A stretch of 63,599 nucleotides of DNA, the filler included, from Sluysia triapertura (lineage: Eukaryota), in NCBI GenBank assembly GCA_046118255.1. It is 5 parts of 5 records of this genome, joined end to end, with 100 filler letters (N's around TTAATTAATTAA, not from the genome) between each part and the next. Parts side by side here need not be neighbours in the genome. Positions count along the whole stretch, not along the records: positions 15,201 to 27,727 come from JBJNIA010101323.1; positions 27,828 to 39,035 come from JBJNIA010187324.1; positions 39,136 to 51,991 come from JBJNIA010077492.1; 2 more parts are not named here. One strand, given 5' to 3'. This document shows positions 26,787-40,854 of this stretch, piece by piece. The notes under the pieces were generated by a model. That model made no database searches. It saw nothing but the letters and a program-made list of their open reading frames with translations, and was not told where the DNA came from. Numbering within the stretch: position 1 is the first letter of the stretch; each line of letters starts with the position of its first letter. The translations under genes and the position numbers were made by a program.

Positions 26787-27630
26787 ATCAAAAAAGTTAA
26801 GATGACCTTGATATACAATATGAAAATTATTAGTGTAGTCCTACTAGTTTTATAATCGTATTATGTACGAAATTTTAAAAAATATTTAGGATTTAAACTT
26901 TTATAAATATTTCTAAGCTCCTAAGAGTAAATTAATTAAATTTATTTTTACACATTTAGATTTAAACATTTTACAATAACATTTTATGTGCATTAAATTT
27001 TTATAAGTTGCATTACCTAATTCGGATTTAATAGAAAAAATTGAATTTAAATAATTTCAATATACAAAATAATATTGAAATAGTAATTTGTTTAATAATT
27101 TTTTAACTTAGTAGATCCAGTATTTAATGAGAATATAGTTCATCTGTATACATTGTTTACAAAATTCAATATTGATAAAAATGTCATAATTAATTTTTCT
27201 TTAACCTCTGAATTTAAATTAGTTTATAAATTACATTCCGTGGTTTTCTTTTAACATTTGTATTAGCAAAATCATTTAAAAAGTTTCGCCCATAGCAGGG
27301 CGAACGTGAAGTAAATAATCCTATAGGAATTTTTTGTTTCATCGTGGCGTCTTTAGTACTATCAATAAATGCCACAAAACTGATTATAACTTATATTAAA
27401 TCTTAAAACTGTTACTCTAATATCTACTCCATTAAAATATTTTGTTGCAAAACTAAAATTAAACAGAAAAATAATAATTTAATAATCACAAAATCAAGAA
27501 TAAACAAAAATTTTATTAATTCAAACTTCAACAATAATATCACTAAGTTAATTACTAAGTGAAGAAAAATCACAATTGCAAGTAATGTATGTTAAGAATA
27601 AATGCTCAGAATAAAACTTGTAAGATATCA

Positions 27631-27685
27631 GTGAGTTCACCAACGTCTTTGTCTTACCGACTTAACGGCCAAGCGTTGGATTTTG
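27631..27685 (-). repeat. Second copy of the conserved 3' hairpin seen at 20832-20882
   Basis: Reverse complement caaaatccaacgcttggccgttaagtcggtaagacaaagacgttggtgaactcac versus caaaatccaacggctggccctaactggtaagccaaacgttggtgaactcac. Confidence 0.8.
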
Positions 27686-27727
27686 TTGTAAAAATGAGAA
27701 TGGAGGTCAAATCACTTATTCACTAAC

Positions 27728-27827
27728 NNNNNNNNNNNNNNNNNNNNNNNNNNNNNNNNNNNNNNNNNNNNTTAATTAATTAANNNNNNNNNNNNNNNNN
27801 NNNNNNNNNNNNNNNNNNNNNNNNNNN
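27728..27827. other. Assembly linker
   Basis: N44-TTAATTAATTAA-N44. Confidence 0.97.
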
Positions 27828-28119
27828 ATCTTAATTTAAGTATTTTATATGCTTATCCCACTATTACAGTTCATTATAATACCTTATCTTAGTTCTTTAA
27901 TAACATTCAACTTATCATATTATTCCAAGTTTTGACCCTTATATCAACCCTTATCCTTCACTAATCCCAACAGGAGCCTCCCGCTAAAATTATCCTCAAT
28001 TACCTAAAAATCAAATTATTTTAAAAATAAATTGGGAAGAGTGGCTCCATCTAAGTAATAATAAATATAAAAGTAATTCCCTCAACAAAAATCAATTAAA
28101 ATAATAATAATAATAATAA

Positions 28120-28760
28120 TCAAACCAAAGCATGGATTTTCTCAACGGATTTTCTTGTAGTGTTGTAAAAATTTTGAAATGTTTATTTTATATTCTCTCA
28201 TCATCCAATCAATTCATAATCTCACAACCAAACATTCTCTCGCACAAATCATCCAAACTTCTTTGAGAATCATACCGACAATAACAACATTGATAACTAC
28301 ATGTACGGTCTGTCAAACTTCATTAGGTACAAAACATAGAAATCTTATTTATTATGAATCATCATTTCCTTTTACTCAACTCAGTCTATTTTTACTTACA
28401 TTACTTCTCACATTAAAATAACGATCATCAAATCTGTTAACACACATAAAAATAATGAATTTAATTTCACTTTCTATTATTTAATTAATTTTCTATTTTT
28501 CACATTCAATTTCTAATGAAAAATGTTTTAAGGTTCTTATTCTCCTACAAACCATTTTACAAACACTTCGAACTCAATTACAGATACTCCTATTCCATAG
28601 CAATCATCTCATATTCCATTCATCACATTTGTATAATTAAAAATTAATTAAAACTTGACTTTGCTCAATATTAAGGCTTTCCTCGCATGAACTCGGTCAA
28701 ACTATAACTTCATCGAAAGGTCTTTTCAAAACAAATACATAAACAGTTTCAAATTTAACA
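28120..28760 (+). repeat. Dispersed repeat family A copy
   Basis: Diverged inverted copy of 31290-31910 (e.g. ctttcctcgcatgaactcggtcaa versus ttgaccgagttcattcgaggaaag). Confidence 0.75.
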
Positions 28761-31289
28761 TAGCATTCCGCATTCAAAAGTTATTCACAAAAACGTACTT
28801 TTTCTTAATTAAGTTAATTAAGGTTTTTAATTAATTAATCTATTTTTAGACTTAATCTTATTTTATGTTTAAAGGTTTTATTTATGACTTTGAGATAACG
28901 TCCCGGCCTTGGATAATCGATTGTTTAGTCGGGTTAACGGACAAGGAGGGTGTGATGTAGTGGTAAACCCGTACTATATAATTCCATTGACTTTGGTAGT
29001 TTTCTTAATTTGAAAGTTGGGGGAGATTTTATTTTGTGAATTAGTTTTCATGAATATTTAGGGTGATAGTAGTGTATTTGATTTTTGAGGTGATTTAAAT
29101 TTTTTATTAATGATTTTGTTCTGTGTTTATGTTTCAAAGGGTGTTGCAATTAGCGTGTGTGTATTAGATGTTCGTTCGTGATTAATGTTCTTATGTTGCA
29201 TTTGTGGTTTGTTTTTATGGGTATTTTGTGATAGATGTTGTTTTATTTTTATGTTGTTACTTAGAGTGTCACTTGTCGTTATATGTTTTTAATTTATGGA
29301 GGAGAGTTTGTGTTGTAACTTCGTGTGAGATGTTTGATGATGGATGGTATTGTTGCTTAGTTTATGTGATGATGGAGTTTGATTTAACAGTGTATGCTGT
29401 TTAGTTGTGTCATCTAAAATTGTAGACTGGGTGTTAGGGTTTGATTGATACATATTCTTATTGTTTAAAGTTGATTAATATCAGATGAATAGTTTGCTAT
29501 GTCATGACGTATTTGTTGTAAATCCTAGTTGAATTCCTTGATTAATTCTCATATATGACTTATACTTATGGTGATGATGCGATTTATATCTTTATTAATT
29601 ATTTCGTAATGGCTTTTTAACGATGGATTATATAGGTTTTGTCATTATGAGGTGCCCTAGGTGACATTGGGTAATTGTTGACGGCTCTTAAAATTAAATT
29701 TATTTTGTTATTCTTCAGATAGACTTAAGGTGAGACGCGTTATGGCTGAGTTGTGTGTTTAAATGTACAAGATTTATTGAATTATTTGATGTGGCAGATG
29801 TTTGCGTATTTCTGTGATATATATTCTTGTTGTAGTGAGGACGAAATGATGTTGTGAAAGTTTTGGAACGAATTTGCTGCATACGATTTTCATTACTTAT
29901 AATTTTGTCATTGTCATTGTAGTTTCCGTTTCGTGGGCGATTTTTTCTGTGGCAGAGATCTGCGCGTACCTTGTAGGTAGGATCGATATCTTTTATTTGT
30001 GTTGCTTGAGTGTTCCATTGAATAGAGGCAAAATGAGTGTATACTTTGATTTGTTGTAAGTGATAATTTTGATTGCTGAAATAATCGTTGTTGAGAGGAT
30101 GTTGTGTAATGAAAGTTGAGTCTGTTGAATAGAGAATGCGTTGAGGTGTTGGGATGACATACATATCGGTTTTGAGAGGTTGCATGGTTTTTAGATATGC
30201 TATAAATCTAAGATGTTGTGACGGATGTCGCTTATATTGTAAAGAGTTACTTATAGTTGGAGTATGTATTGTATTGGATGAGATTGTTAAGCATTTGTTT
30301 TTAAATTTATATTTTATTGCCTTTTTTGACTTTTTGTGAACACTTAAATTATTTAAATCTTTGAAAAAGAGGATAGAGCTATTCAGTTTAAAAATAATTT
30401 TATTGAAATATTTGGAAATTTATAAATTTATTGATTTTAAAATTGTTGCTATTTCGGTCCTCATTACACCATAAAAAAGTTCCAAATCGTTTAATATGCA
30501 GAGCATGTTTTTGATCCTGACACTAATTTAATGTAGTTGGTATGATATGATTTAATATTATTATATTTAATGTTTTATTATTTAATTGTTTATGGTTTAG
30601 TTCTTTATAATTTATGAATTATGTCGAGTACAATGAACTAATAATGTGTAACATTCATTTGCTGGTAAATTTAACGGTTAATAATTTAAATGTATTTTAG
30701 TGTAGGATTTTTGTATTGCGTAAATTGAAGTAGTGATACGTAGAAAATATTTTATATGTAATTATGTATGGCTTGAATTACGAGTTGTGTAAATTTATGT
30801 ATGAGAACGATAATGGGATTATAGTGTGTGGTTGAAGCACTTCAATTACATTGAAACCAATGAATAAGTTAAATATCATCCGATACTTTCATAATATTAA
30901 CTTCCACTTTTCACCATTAAATGTTTGGTATTTTGCTACAAAATATGTTAAACGAATCAACTTCAACAATGATTACTATAGTTACGTTGAATTATAGACG
31001 TTTTTATATTAGTTATTTGTTTTGCAAATATGATATTGGTTTGTTATATCTTTAACTCTTATTCTAGTTTTACTTGGCTGTAAATTTAACATTTAATTTT
31101 TATCTTACTATTTTAAAATCTAATTTTCATTTCAATTTTAAAGCCGAAGTTTATTATTCAATTTCTAATTCCTCAAAAATTAATTTAATTTTATTTAAAA
31201 TAATAATGATAATAATATTAATAATAATAACATTAAATTTAACATTTAAGCAACAAATAAAATTAATTTAAAATAGTTAAGAAAAATTA

Positions 31290-31910
31290 TGCTATGTTAA
31301 AATTGTAACTGTTTATGTATTTGTTTTAAAGAGATCTTGACCGAGTTCATTCGAGGAAAGTCTCTCCATATTGAGAAAAGTCGAATTTTAATTAAAATAT
31401 GTTGAACTTCTCTTATTTAGAATGATGAAAAGATAATTAATTGAATTTGAAATTATTGCTATGAAAGAGGAGAATCCGAAAATGAGGTTGAAATGTTTGG
31501 AAATGAGAACCTTAATCATTTTCAATTAGGAAACTGAGTGTGAAGAAATAAGAATTAACTGAATTCCGAAAAATAAAGTTAAACTCATCATTTATAAGTA
31601 TGTTGATAATAATAATAATAATTGCTATTTTAATTTACGAAGTAATTTATGAAAAAATAGATGGAATAAAGTGGAAGAAAAATAATGGTTGATTGTTAAT
31701 CGAATTTTTACGGTAGTACCCTGTAATTGTCAAAATTATTGTGGTCAGTTTAAGAGTAATTTGTGTATGAGTAATTTTTGATTGTGAATTTGGGAATGGT
31801 TGGATGATTTTTATAATTTTTTATTTAAAATTATTTATAATCTTTTCACAAAACAGACACAATCAGAACGCAACAAAATTAAATTGTTAGGAAGATCCAT
31901 GCTCGGGTAA
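31290..31910 (-). repeat. Dispersed repeat family A copy
   Basis: Collinear with 28120-28760 (inverted) and with 50-265 (direct). Confidence 0.75.
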
Positions 31911-33747
31911 TATTTTGAATTTTATTTTATATTTTAAATAAATATTACATAGTTAAAACAAACTGTATATATTTTTAGGAAATCACCGTTATTATTTTAT
32001 ATTATAATAGTCATACATATTTTAACTTGTAATATTCATATAAGATAAATAATTATATTTAACAATTTTAATAAGTTATAGTTGCATCACCCCTGATTTG
32101 TTGATTAAATAATTGAATTGATATTGCAGTTTAGACTTTTTGACTTAATTTTTTTATTTAGTTATTCCTAGTTGATTTATTGATATTATTATTGTGTAAG
32201 CATAAATAATAATAATTTGAATTTGAAGGCATCATAGCTTAATTGAATAAATATCAAAGTTAAAACGTTGAGATTTGAGATAATTTATATTTGAGTTTGC
32301 GATAACGAAATTTATTTTAGTTTTATAGTACAATGACACAACAAATACACCCACATTTGTGGGTTTTATATTTAATCTAATTGAATACTAATAAATTAAT
32401 TTTAATTTTTAGAATTTAGTAATATTTAAAATTCTTTAATAATAATAAGTACATTAATTTAATAATAATTTTATTAATAATTAGTTTTATGATAATAATG
32501 CAATAATAATAATAATAATGATAATTTTTTCTAAAATAATATCAATTGTAATGATGATGATGATGATGATATTGATAGTTCATTTTATATCTTTATTATT
32601 TATTGCTTTTAATAAATTATCATTTTACTATCTTTTTTACTTAATATTAGTATATTTTCTTAATATTAGAAGTGCAACATCACTAAAATAATCATTATTT
32701 TCACCAAAATGATCACTAAAAATATGTTTATCACGAATTTTAACAAATAACAAATGTGTTCTCCACAAGTATTGACAAATATCAAATAACACTAACATTG
32801 TATTCTCCATGCATTTTAACGTTCAACAAACATATTAAGAATTTCTTGTTTATATGTTGTTTTCTTTGTTTCACATTTGTTTCCAATCATTATTTAATTT
32901 TCATCACATAAGATCTTCAACTTTCATCGTTTACTAACCAATTTATTTCTCTGATAATTCTTATATAATGTATCATATATGTGGTTGCATAGTCACGTTA
33001 TATTAGTTTTGGTGATACATTTTTTCCATATATATCACCAAAACTTCTGCCTTCTTCATTCTACATTTATTGCCTCTTCTTTGTTATTTACAGGTGTTTC
33101 TCGATATTTTGTTTTTTATAAAGATATTTTGTGATCCTTTTAATCGTTTTTAAAAATTACCGTATTAATATTAATGATAATAACAACAATAATTGTAATA
33201 AACATAATTATAATTATAATATTATGTTTACACTATATTTAAATTAGATTTATTGACTTTAAACATATTCTTTATGAATAATTAATAACTCTTACTCACT
33301 GTTTAGAAACTTTAATCAAATATAACACTTTTGTTTTTAACTCTACAATCAATAACTTCTATCACAATACTTTGACTAGTATTAAATGATTTTAAAAATT
33401 AATATAAACAGCCTACCTCAAATAATCGTAGTTCTAATTTCTCTCTGATGTAAGACATGCAAGTGCGAATGAAAGTTAATACCTCTTCAAAGTAAACGTA
33501 CATCTGAATCAAGAGTCTAGCTAACTAGATTTTAACTATAAATTAAAAATTTTACATAATAATAATAATTTTTAAACTACATATAATGATTAGAAAAAAC
33601 AAATCAATTTAGAAAAACTTTATTTTGTGGGTCGATGAAGATTACTAAATAATCAATATAATTCTTCAATATACTCGTAACAAACTTCGGATCTAACAAA
33701 TATTTCCAATAATATAAAAAGATTTTAAATTATATATTACGCTAGAT

Positions 33748-34063
33748 CAGTGATCTTCACACTTTTTGTGCTGCGACTCACAATTTTTCGCGACCCCTAG
33801 GGACTAAAATAAAAATAATAAAGTAAATTTTTTAATAAAATTATAATATATTTAATAATAGCATATTAGAACATACTACTCTTGTTGAGACTGTTTTTTG
33901 AATTAGGATAAAATGTACTATTTTGTCGTCTAATACTAATATCAATAAAATAAAAGAATAATTGTATTTAAAATTAGACTTGTCATATTTAAAGAATATT
34001 TTTTTGTGAATATACTTTACTATAACTTTGAAATTTCTCGTGTCCCCCTTTTGAAGAACACTG
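33748..34063. mobile_element. hAT (Charlie/Buster-type) MITE
   Basis: TIRs CAGTGATCTTCA...TGAAGAACACTG; 8-bp target-site duplication cgctagat / ctctagat (7/8 identical, central TA). Confidence 0.85.
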
Positions 34064-34993
34064 CTCTAGATTATATCTCATACAGTACAGCAAAAAATTT
34101 ATTTGATTATATACTATAATAATTCATAATCAATTGTTATCTGTTATTAATTTCACTCTACAATAAAATATACATTTTAATCTTATTCCATCTATGCGGC
34201 CAATTTTCTCACGTAATAGTTAATTATATTCTGGCTATATTTTTTCCTCTTTATTTTTTATATTAATAAGTAATTATAGAAATTATTAAAATTAATAATA
34301 ATAATAATAATGATAATAATAATAATGCTGATAATGAAATAATTATAATAAAGATGATAAAGGGATAATTAGACGTTGTCAATACGCACGACATTTTTAG
34401 ATAAACTATTAAGAAGACAATAAAAATATATTTCAAGATATATAATTCATAAAAAAGTACATTTATTAATTAACTTAATTAAAATACTTTTGTAAAATAA
34501 CTTTGTATTAAAGTGATGCTTTTGGAAAAGCTATTGTAGCATAACTTTCACATAAAAATTAACTAACAGAACGCAAAAATTATTGTTTTAATTAAATCTA
34601 ACGACCTTGAGCAGAATATGTGCATTATTAGCAGATGTGAGGTATTAATTGAAGACGGTTAGTTATTACTTAGTTTTAAATTGATAATATTGATTTGATT
34701 TTGGGATCAATACAGTTTAAGGTTATGTATTTGTGCAATTTTTATGTTATTAGTGGTCCAGAAGTTAATTACTTAATTGATGATTGTTTGATTTGTAATT
34801 TTAACATTTGTTCGCATTAGTTAATGTTCTATATGTTTTTAATTGCATTAATTGTGATATAAAGAATCTTATTTTGATTTTCTGAGCTCTGAATTTAAAA
34901 ATAATTTTAATAGAAATTTAATAGTGATTATAACAAATAAGATAATAATTATAATATTAATATTAACAATAAAATGATGATGATAATTTTTAG

Positions 34994-35824
34994 TTAAAAC
35001 AATTGATCATATCTGGTGATTTGCCATGCACGAAAGAAGACGCTGCGAATTTGGCAGCTGTCCATCTTCACATTGATAGCTGCTGGCCTGACAATGCACC
35101 TGTGGGCACTACAAGTGGTCCTAGTAATAACGCAGAACAAACTAACAACAGCAACATCCCGATGACTTGCGGTAATAATAATGCTATTTTCACTACGGGA
35201 ACAACACATTGTCATTTTTGCCATGACAATCAAATTATCAGTAGTCGTGAAGACGATGACGATGACGATGATGATGATGATTATGATTATGATGCTGAAG
35301 ATGATGACAATGATATTTTAAGTGATTATTATAATAAATTTCGAAATTCGCACGGTCACGACCACCACAACCATCATCATCATCATCGTCAAATTCCACA
35401 AAACACTTTATCAACTCCTCTTAGTTCTCAAAGCCAATGTGTATCTTGTAAATTCCGTCGTCCTCTACCAAACCATAATAGTAGTCCGTCTCTAGGTAAC
35501 TATGTTCGTCAGTCTACACCATTGTTACATCATCATATTCAAAATTGCTGTCATCATTCGCAAACATATTGTCCTTCCCAGTGTTACTCGGCATCCGCCA
35601 AACAGTTTCACGCCAACCATCGTCGATGTACTGCTTCAAGTAGCAACAGTAACTCTGCACCTGTTCTTGATCAAAATTTGTCCCAAGGTGCAGCTATTCG
35701 AACACCTATATCAGGAAAAGTTGGATCTTTTTCGACATCTACTTTACATGCACCGCAATCGAATCTACCTCAATCATCGAATGCCCAACAATGTTTGTCT
35801 TCCGTAAACTATCTGACACAAAAA
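34994..35824 (+). CDS. Internal exon of a FERM-domain protein (F2 lobe start plus long low-complexity insert)
   Basis: ttttag acceptor; LKQLIISGDLPCTKEDAANLAAVHLHID matches the FERM central consensus (VKxxILxGxLPCxxExAAxLAALxLQ); open for 831 nt (phase 0/0) to an aaa|gttagt donor. Confidence 0.8.
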
Positions 35825-35949
35825 GTTAGTTGTAAATTATTATTATCATTATTATTATTATTATTATTACCATTGTGGTGGTTCAACCTTTAACTAAATT
35901 TTTTCAATTATCTTAATAAGACACTGCACTGTTTGATCAAAGATGATAT

Positions 35950-36200
35950 AGGTATGTGTTATAACTTATAGTGTAAAAGTAAAGTAAGTATTATTGATGA
36001 ATCGTGTTAATGAAATAAGTGTATAAAATAATTAAACCAAAATTAATAAAGATGTGAAGAAAGAACCAATTATAAGACTTAACTTGTTTTAATATAAAAG
36101 TAAATTTATTAATTTAATAATTGCGTGTAAAATGTCTGCATATGATAAAATAACATTAGAACTAGTCGACACAGATAACGTAAAAATTAGTTATTTTAAT
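35950..36200 (+). repeat. Dispersed repeat family B, copy 1
   Basis: gttataacttata..gtaa..taaagtaa.tattattgatgaat, tgcatatgataaaataacatta and tcgacacagataacgtaaaaattagttatttta are shared with 43283-43590. Confidence 0.75.
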
Positions 36201-37090
36201 TTTTATAATATAAAATTAAATTTATATATATTGTGATACCTAAGTTTAATTAAACTATATACAAAATTGATGCTCATGAAGATACAAACTCAAATATGTT
36301 ATTGAAATCAACATGCGTGACATATTATATACAAAACTTCCTATAGAAAATTTACTATTTGATTAGTTTTATGTTATTTTAAGTTGATGAATTATTTTAA
36401 TAGGAAACATTGCTGTAATAATAATATTAAATTGTTATTAGATTTAAGGGGATTGTTTATCACAAATACCATTTTCATTTGGTAATAAAATTGGAAGCCG
36501 GCAGAAATTACTGTTGAAATTTAATTAATGAAATTGGTCGACTTATGACTGAATAAAAGAATGAATAATTATATGAATAATTACATACATTTTCCAATTT
36601 TTTATCTCCAATTTTTGATCGCATTTTTGAGTAAAATTAGAAAACAAAATAAAATATTCGGAAAATGAAAAGCATCGCTGCCTCAACGCATTTATGACAA
36701 ACACTATGATTGAGGACTTATATTTAACAACTGACTAAACTTTTATGACGTTTTCTTTTAGTGTTGAGGTTAGTAATAAATATTCGTGTTGCTTATCGGG
36801 TATTAAATTTGTAGATTTAGTACGTAAGACAATGATTTTGTTTATTGAAAGTATATTGTTATAAAAATATTGTTGAATGTTTATAGTTGCAAAAGAATAA
36901 TTGATAATTTATTGTGATAATTGAAAAATATATTGAGTTTTCCTATTAATTTAATCGTTGATCTATACTTCAATATTTTTGAATAAACAACACATACAAC
37001 AACACGTACAACAAACTAAACTTTAATTCAACTCATAAATGCATCAACATATAAAACATTTTAAACCTTAAAATAATCATTAGATTCTAA

Positions 37091-37236
37091 ATTAATATAA
37101 CAATGAAAATTCTATAAAAGTAGATCGAGTTTTTCTCGAGTTTTTGTATTCTTTCTTCCGCAAATTAATATAACAATGAAAATTCTATAAAAGTAGATCG
37201 AGTTTTTCTCGAGTTTTTGTATTCTTTCTTCCGCAA
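37091..37236 (+). repeat. Perfect 73-bp tandem duplication
   Basis: 37091-37163 is identical to 37164-37236. Confidence 0.95.
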
Positions 37237-37629
37237 GACCATTCTTTTCTCTTAATCACTCTTCCAAAATCTAAACATTCTGAGGTGAATTTATTGTTAA
37301 AATCGTGTTCAAATAATGAACAAAAATATTCCAATGAAATGAAATAATAAATCCGCACAAAAAACAATCGTCAAATAATGAAAGTATTGAAATAAACAAT
37401 AATGATGACAATAATATTAACAGTGCTATTATTAGAAAATCGACGATAAAGACAAACATTAAATAAGTAATGATTCTTGTCACTACATAAAAGGAAATCA
37501 CAAGATGAAGAGGAAGAGGAAAAATCAAACAGACATCACAGTCATCATCGTCATAGAAACAGCACCAAGAGGAAGAGGATACCAAAGAAAACTCCTAGCA
37601 CCACCAACCTGAAGAAGAAAAAAACGAAA

Positions 37630-38080
37630 CATCATTACGATTATCATTATCATCATTTTCACTATCATCATCATCATCATCATCATTATCAACACTATCN
37701 NNNNNNNNNNNNNNNNNNNNNNNNNNNNNNNNNNNNNNNNNNNNNNNNNNNNNNNNNNNNNNNNNNNNNNNNNNNNNNNNNNNNNNNNNNNNNNNNNNNN
37801 NNNNNNNNNNNNNNNNNNNNNNNNNNNNNNNNNNNNNNNNNNNNNNNNNNNNNNNNNNNNNNNNNNNNNNNNNNNNNNNNNNNNNNNNNNNNNNNNNNNN
37901 NNNNNNNNNATTATCATTATCATTGTCATCATCAACATTGTTACTATTATCATTATCATCATCATTATCATTATCAAAATATTAATCATCATCATCATTA
38001 TCATTATCACTATCACTATCATTATCATCGTTATCATCATCATTGTTACTATTATCATTGACATCATCATTATCATTATC
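37630..38080. repeat. (CAT/TAT)n compound microsatellite spanning a 210-N gap (37700-37909)
   Basis: Mixed CAT, TAT and CAC triplets on both sides of the gap. Confidence 0.9.
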
Positions 38081-38899
38081 TTCGTCAATCCACTTGAACA
38101 TCAGCCATCCTTAATGAATCAAAATGTATCGAAAGTTATCTGCTAAGCACATTAATGATGACAATCAATTTATTGAAAGAATTAAATGCCAGGAAACGTG
38201 TGTTTTGAATTGAGTAAGGTAACAAAACATAAAGGTTACTATAAGAATCATCCAGTGTATTATAATATCTTCGATTTGTATCGCAACAAAACTAACATGG
38301 AATTGAAGTGCTTCATCTCTCAAAGCTTCTCGACACAAACGATCCTCCAACAAAGTACTATGTGCAAATATTAAACTCACGGCGAACATTTGTAGCAGTC
38401 TGAGCAATTTTTTAAAATTTATAATATTTGTACGTTGTTAATTAGGATTAAATCAAAATATAAAAAATCGAAAAATAAATCAAAATTCAACTAAAAAACA
38501 ATGAAACTAGCATTATTTTCTCTTCTGTTGCAGTTTTTCCAGCATTTACATACTTCATCAAAATCAACTTGATATCCACGTGATAAATAAAACTTGATTC
38601 GCAGTAGCATGTCCAAATGGTCTACTTTAATATACTGCTCACGATTGATCCTTATCTATTCATGTTTACTTTAGATCCTTTTGTTTCAAAACTTACAATT
38701 GACAAGCTTCATTTAATAAACATGCCACTCCTCCCACAAATTAAAACATAAACTTAAACTTTGCGACTTCAAGCTTCATCAATGTAAATTCATAACCTCA
38801 CTTAGGGGTCATCAGCATAGAACATTAAATAAATTTTATAATCTTGCATTTCCAACCTTATAAAAGTCAATAACCATACAAATTTAACTCGATTTTAAC

Positions 38900-38948
38900 T
38901 CATTATCATTATTATCATTATCACTATTATTATCATTGTTATTATTAC

Positions 38949-39005
<57 letters not shown>

Positions 39006-39035
39006 TCTCATTATTATTATCATTATCACTATTAT
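38900..39035. repeat. (ATT/ATC)n microsatellite at contig end
   Basis: Directly visible. Confidence 0.92.
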
Positions 39036-39135
39036 NNNNNNNNNNNNNNNNNNNNNNNNNNNNNNNNNNNNNNNNNNNNTTAATTAATTAANNNNNNNNN
39101 NNNNNNNNNNNNNNNNNNNNNNNNNNNNNNNNNNN
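39036..39135. other. Assembly linker
   Basis: N44-TTAATTAATTAA-N44. Confidence 0.97.
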
Positions 39136-40821
39136 AATTATTTAAATTCTTATTTTCTCAGAAATTTATAGACTTAGATTTTATTATTTACAATAATTTT
39201 ATTATTTACAATCAATAATTTTATTATTAACAATTCTTTTATTATTTACAAATCAAATATTTAATTTTTTTAAAAATAAAAATTTAATAATAGAAATAAT
39301 TTATTTGATTAAAACATTAATCAATGTTGTCTGTTCAATTAAAATTTAGGTTTAAAAGATGGCTATTTTGACTTTGCTTGAAACAGATTTTAAAGAGTAT
39401 CTTAAAGAGACTGGAGTTTGTAGATTTTGCTTCACAAAACACATTTGCGTTCTTGATACATTGAAATATGGTAATGGACTTTATACGATTGACTCAAATC
39501 TTGTGATTTTGATGAATACTAAATTAAATGTTACTAGAACTGTTATGTCCTTTAATCGAATTTTGTCACAACGAATGCTTTTTTAATTAGATACATCGGT
39601 TTTATGCTTTATTCAAATCATAATTTTGGCTTTTACATGAATCTAAATATTTGTTCATTTCGATTTTTTTATCAATGAGATATATGAAACAACATGTTTT
39701 AACATTTCAAGCTCTTTTGAACATTTCGATAGTGTTTTAACTTATTGTCAAAGAAGTAAATTATATATGTTTTGTAAAGCCGCTATTTTTTGTATTTATA
39801 TAATAAGGAATAAATTAATTGTTGTTTATTACATCTTAGTAATATATTATTATTGAGGCTGAAAAGAATAAAATAATTATCATTTGTAAGATTTATGTAA
39901 AGTAATTTACTTCTCCTATATAGCAAATCATTTTATAATCAAATAAGATTTATTGTTGTAAACCTTCTCGATAATTTACTTGATTTTAATCAAAATTATA
40001 AATGTCATTATAATATTTTACAATTTCTACCGAAAATTCTTTTTAAATTTTCACTATGTTTGTTATTATCGTTATTCAAATACATACTCTACCGTTATTC
40101 ATTATTTTAGACATTACGTTTTAAAGTCTACCTATAACAACTGTTGCACCACTGTAATTCATTCCGACCATGCACTCTCAGTCTATTCCTTTGTTAATTG
40201 AGAATGTTTCTGATGTTTATAATCCTCGACTATCTAACACAAATAAAACAAAAACTAATTTCTTACAACAAATTTTAAAATCACATAACTCAAACATTAC
40301 CAATTTACAAAAATTTAATTTTCTGCTATATTTGCCTGATTATTATATTAAAATTTTCATAAACAAAATTGCTTAATATTTATTGATTTGTGATTGTTAT
40401 TATTCATTTCTTCATTTGAGTTTCAATAAAATTCTTGGTGTTTTTCATTCGTTCCATGCTACAGTTTAATTAGTATAGTTTTGACTTACCAATTCAGTAT
40501 GGCATATTTTTGCTAAGTTCTATGAATCCATTTTTCTTTTATATTGTAAAAATTTATTGTAATCTCATATGCAATAAAACATAAAATAGACTGAATCTGA
40601 ATCTGGGCCAGTCCATTTAATACATAATTAATGAATTAAATATTTAATTAATCAATGAATTCAAACACATTTTGAAGTGGAAGATACGTAGAAGCAACAA
40701 AATCAAAAATTTGATAAACAAAGTTTATTACTTAGCAGTAGAATATTTAGGTGTATAGAATGATCTACTAAGTTCCTATCAGGTCAGTCAATTTAGTAAG
40801 TAAAACTAGCATATAAACTAC

Positions 40822-40854
40822 CTGAAAAAGCAATTGCAATATTATTACCTCCAC
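40822..40854 (-). CDS. Candidate 33-nt micro-exon of the lectin-like gene
   Basis: tttttag|gtggaggtaataatattgcaattgctttttcag|gtagtt; length divisible by 3, no stops. Confidence 0.35.

Noticed and set aside
37477-38088. His/Tyr-rich and Met/Ile-rich ORFs
   Set aside because: Translations of a CAT/TAT microsatellite across an N gap.
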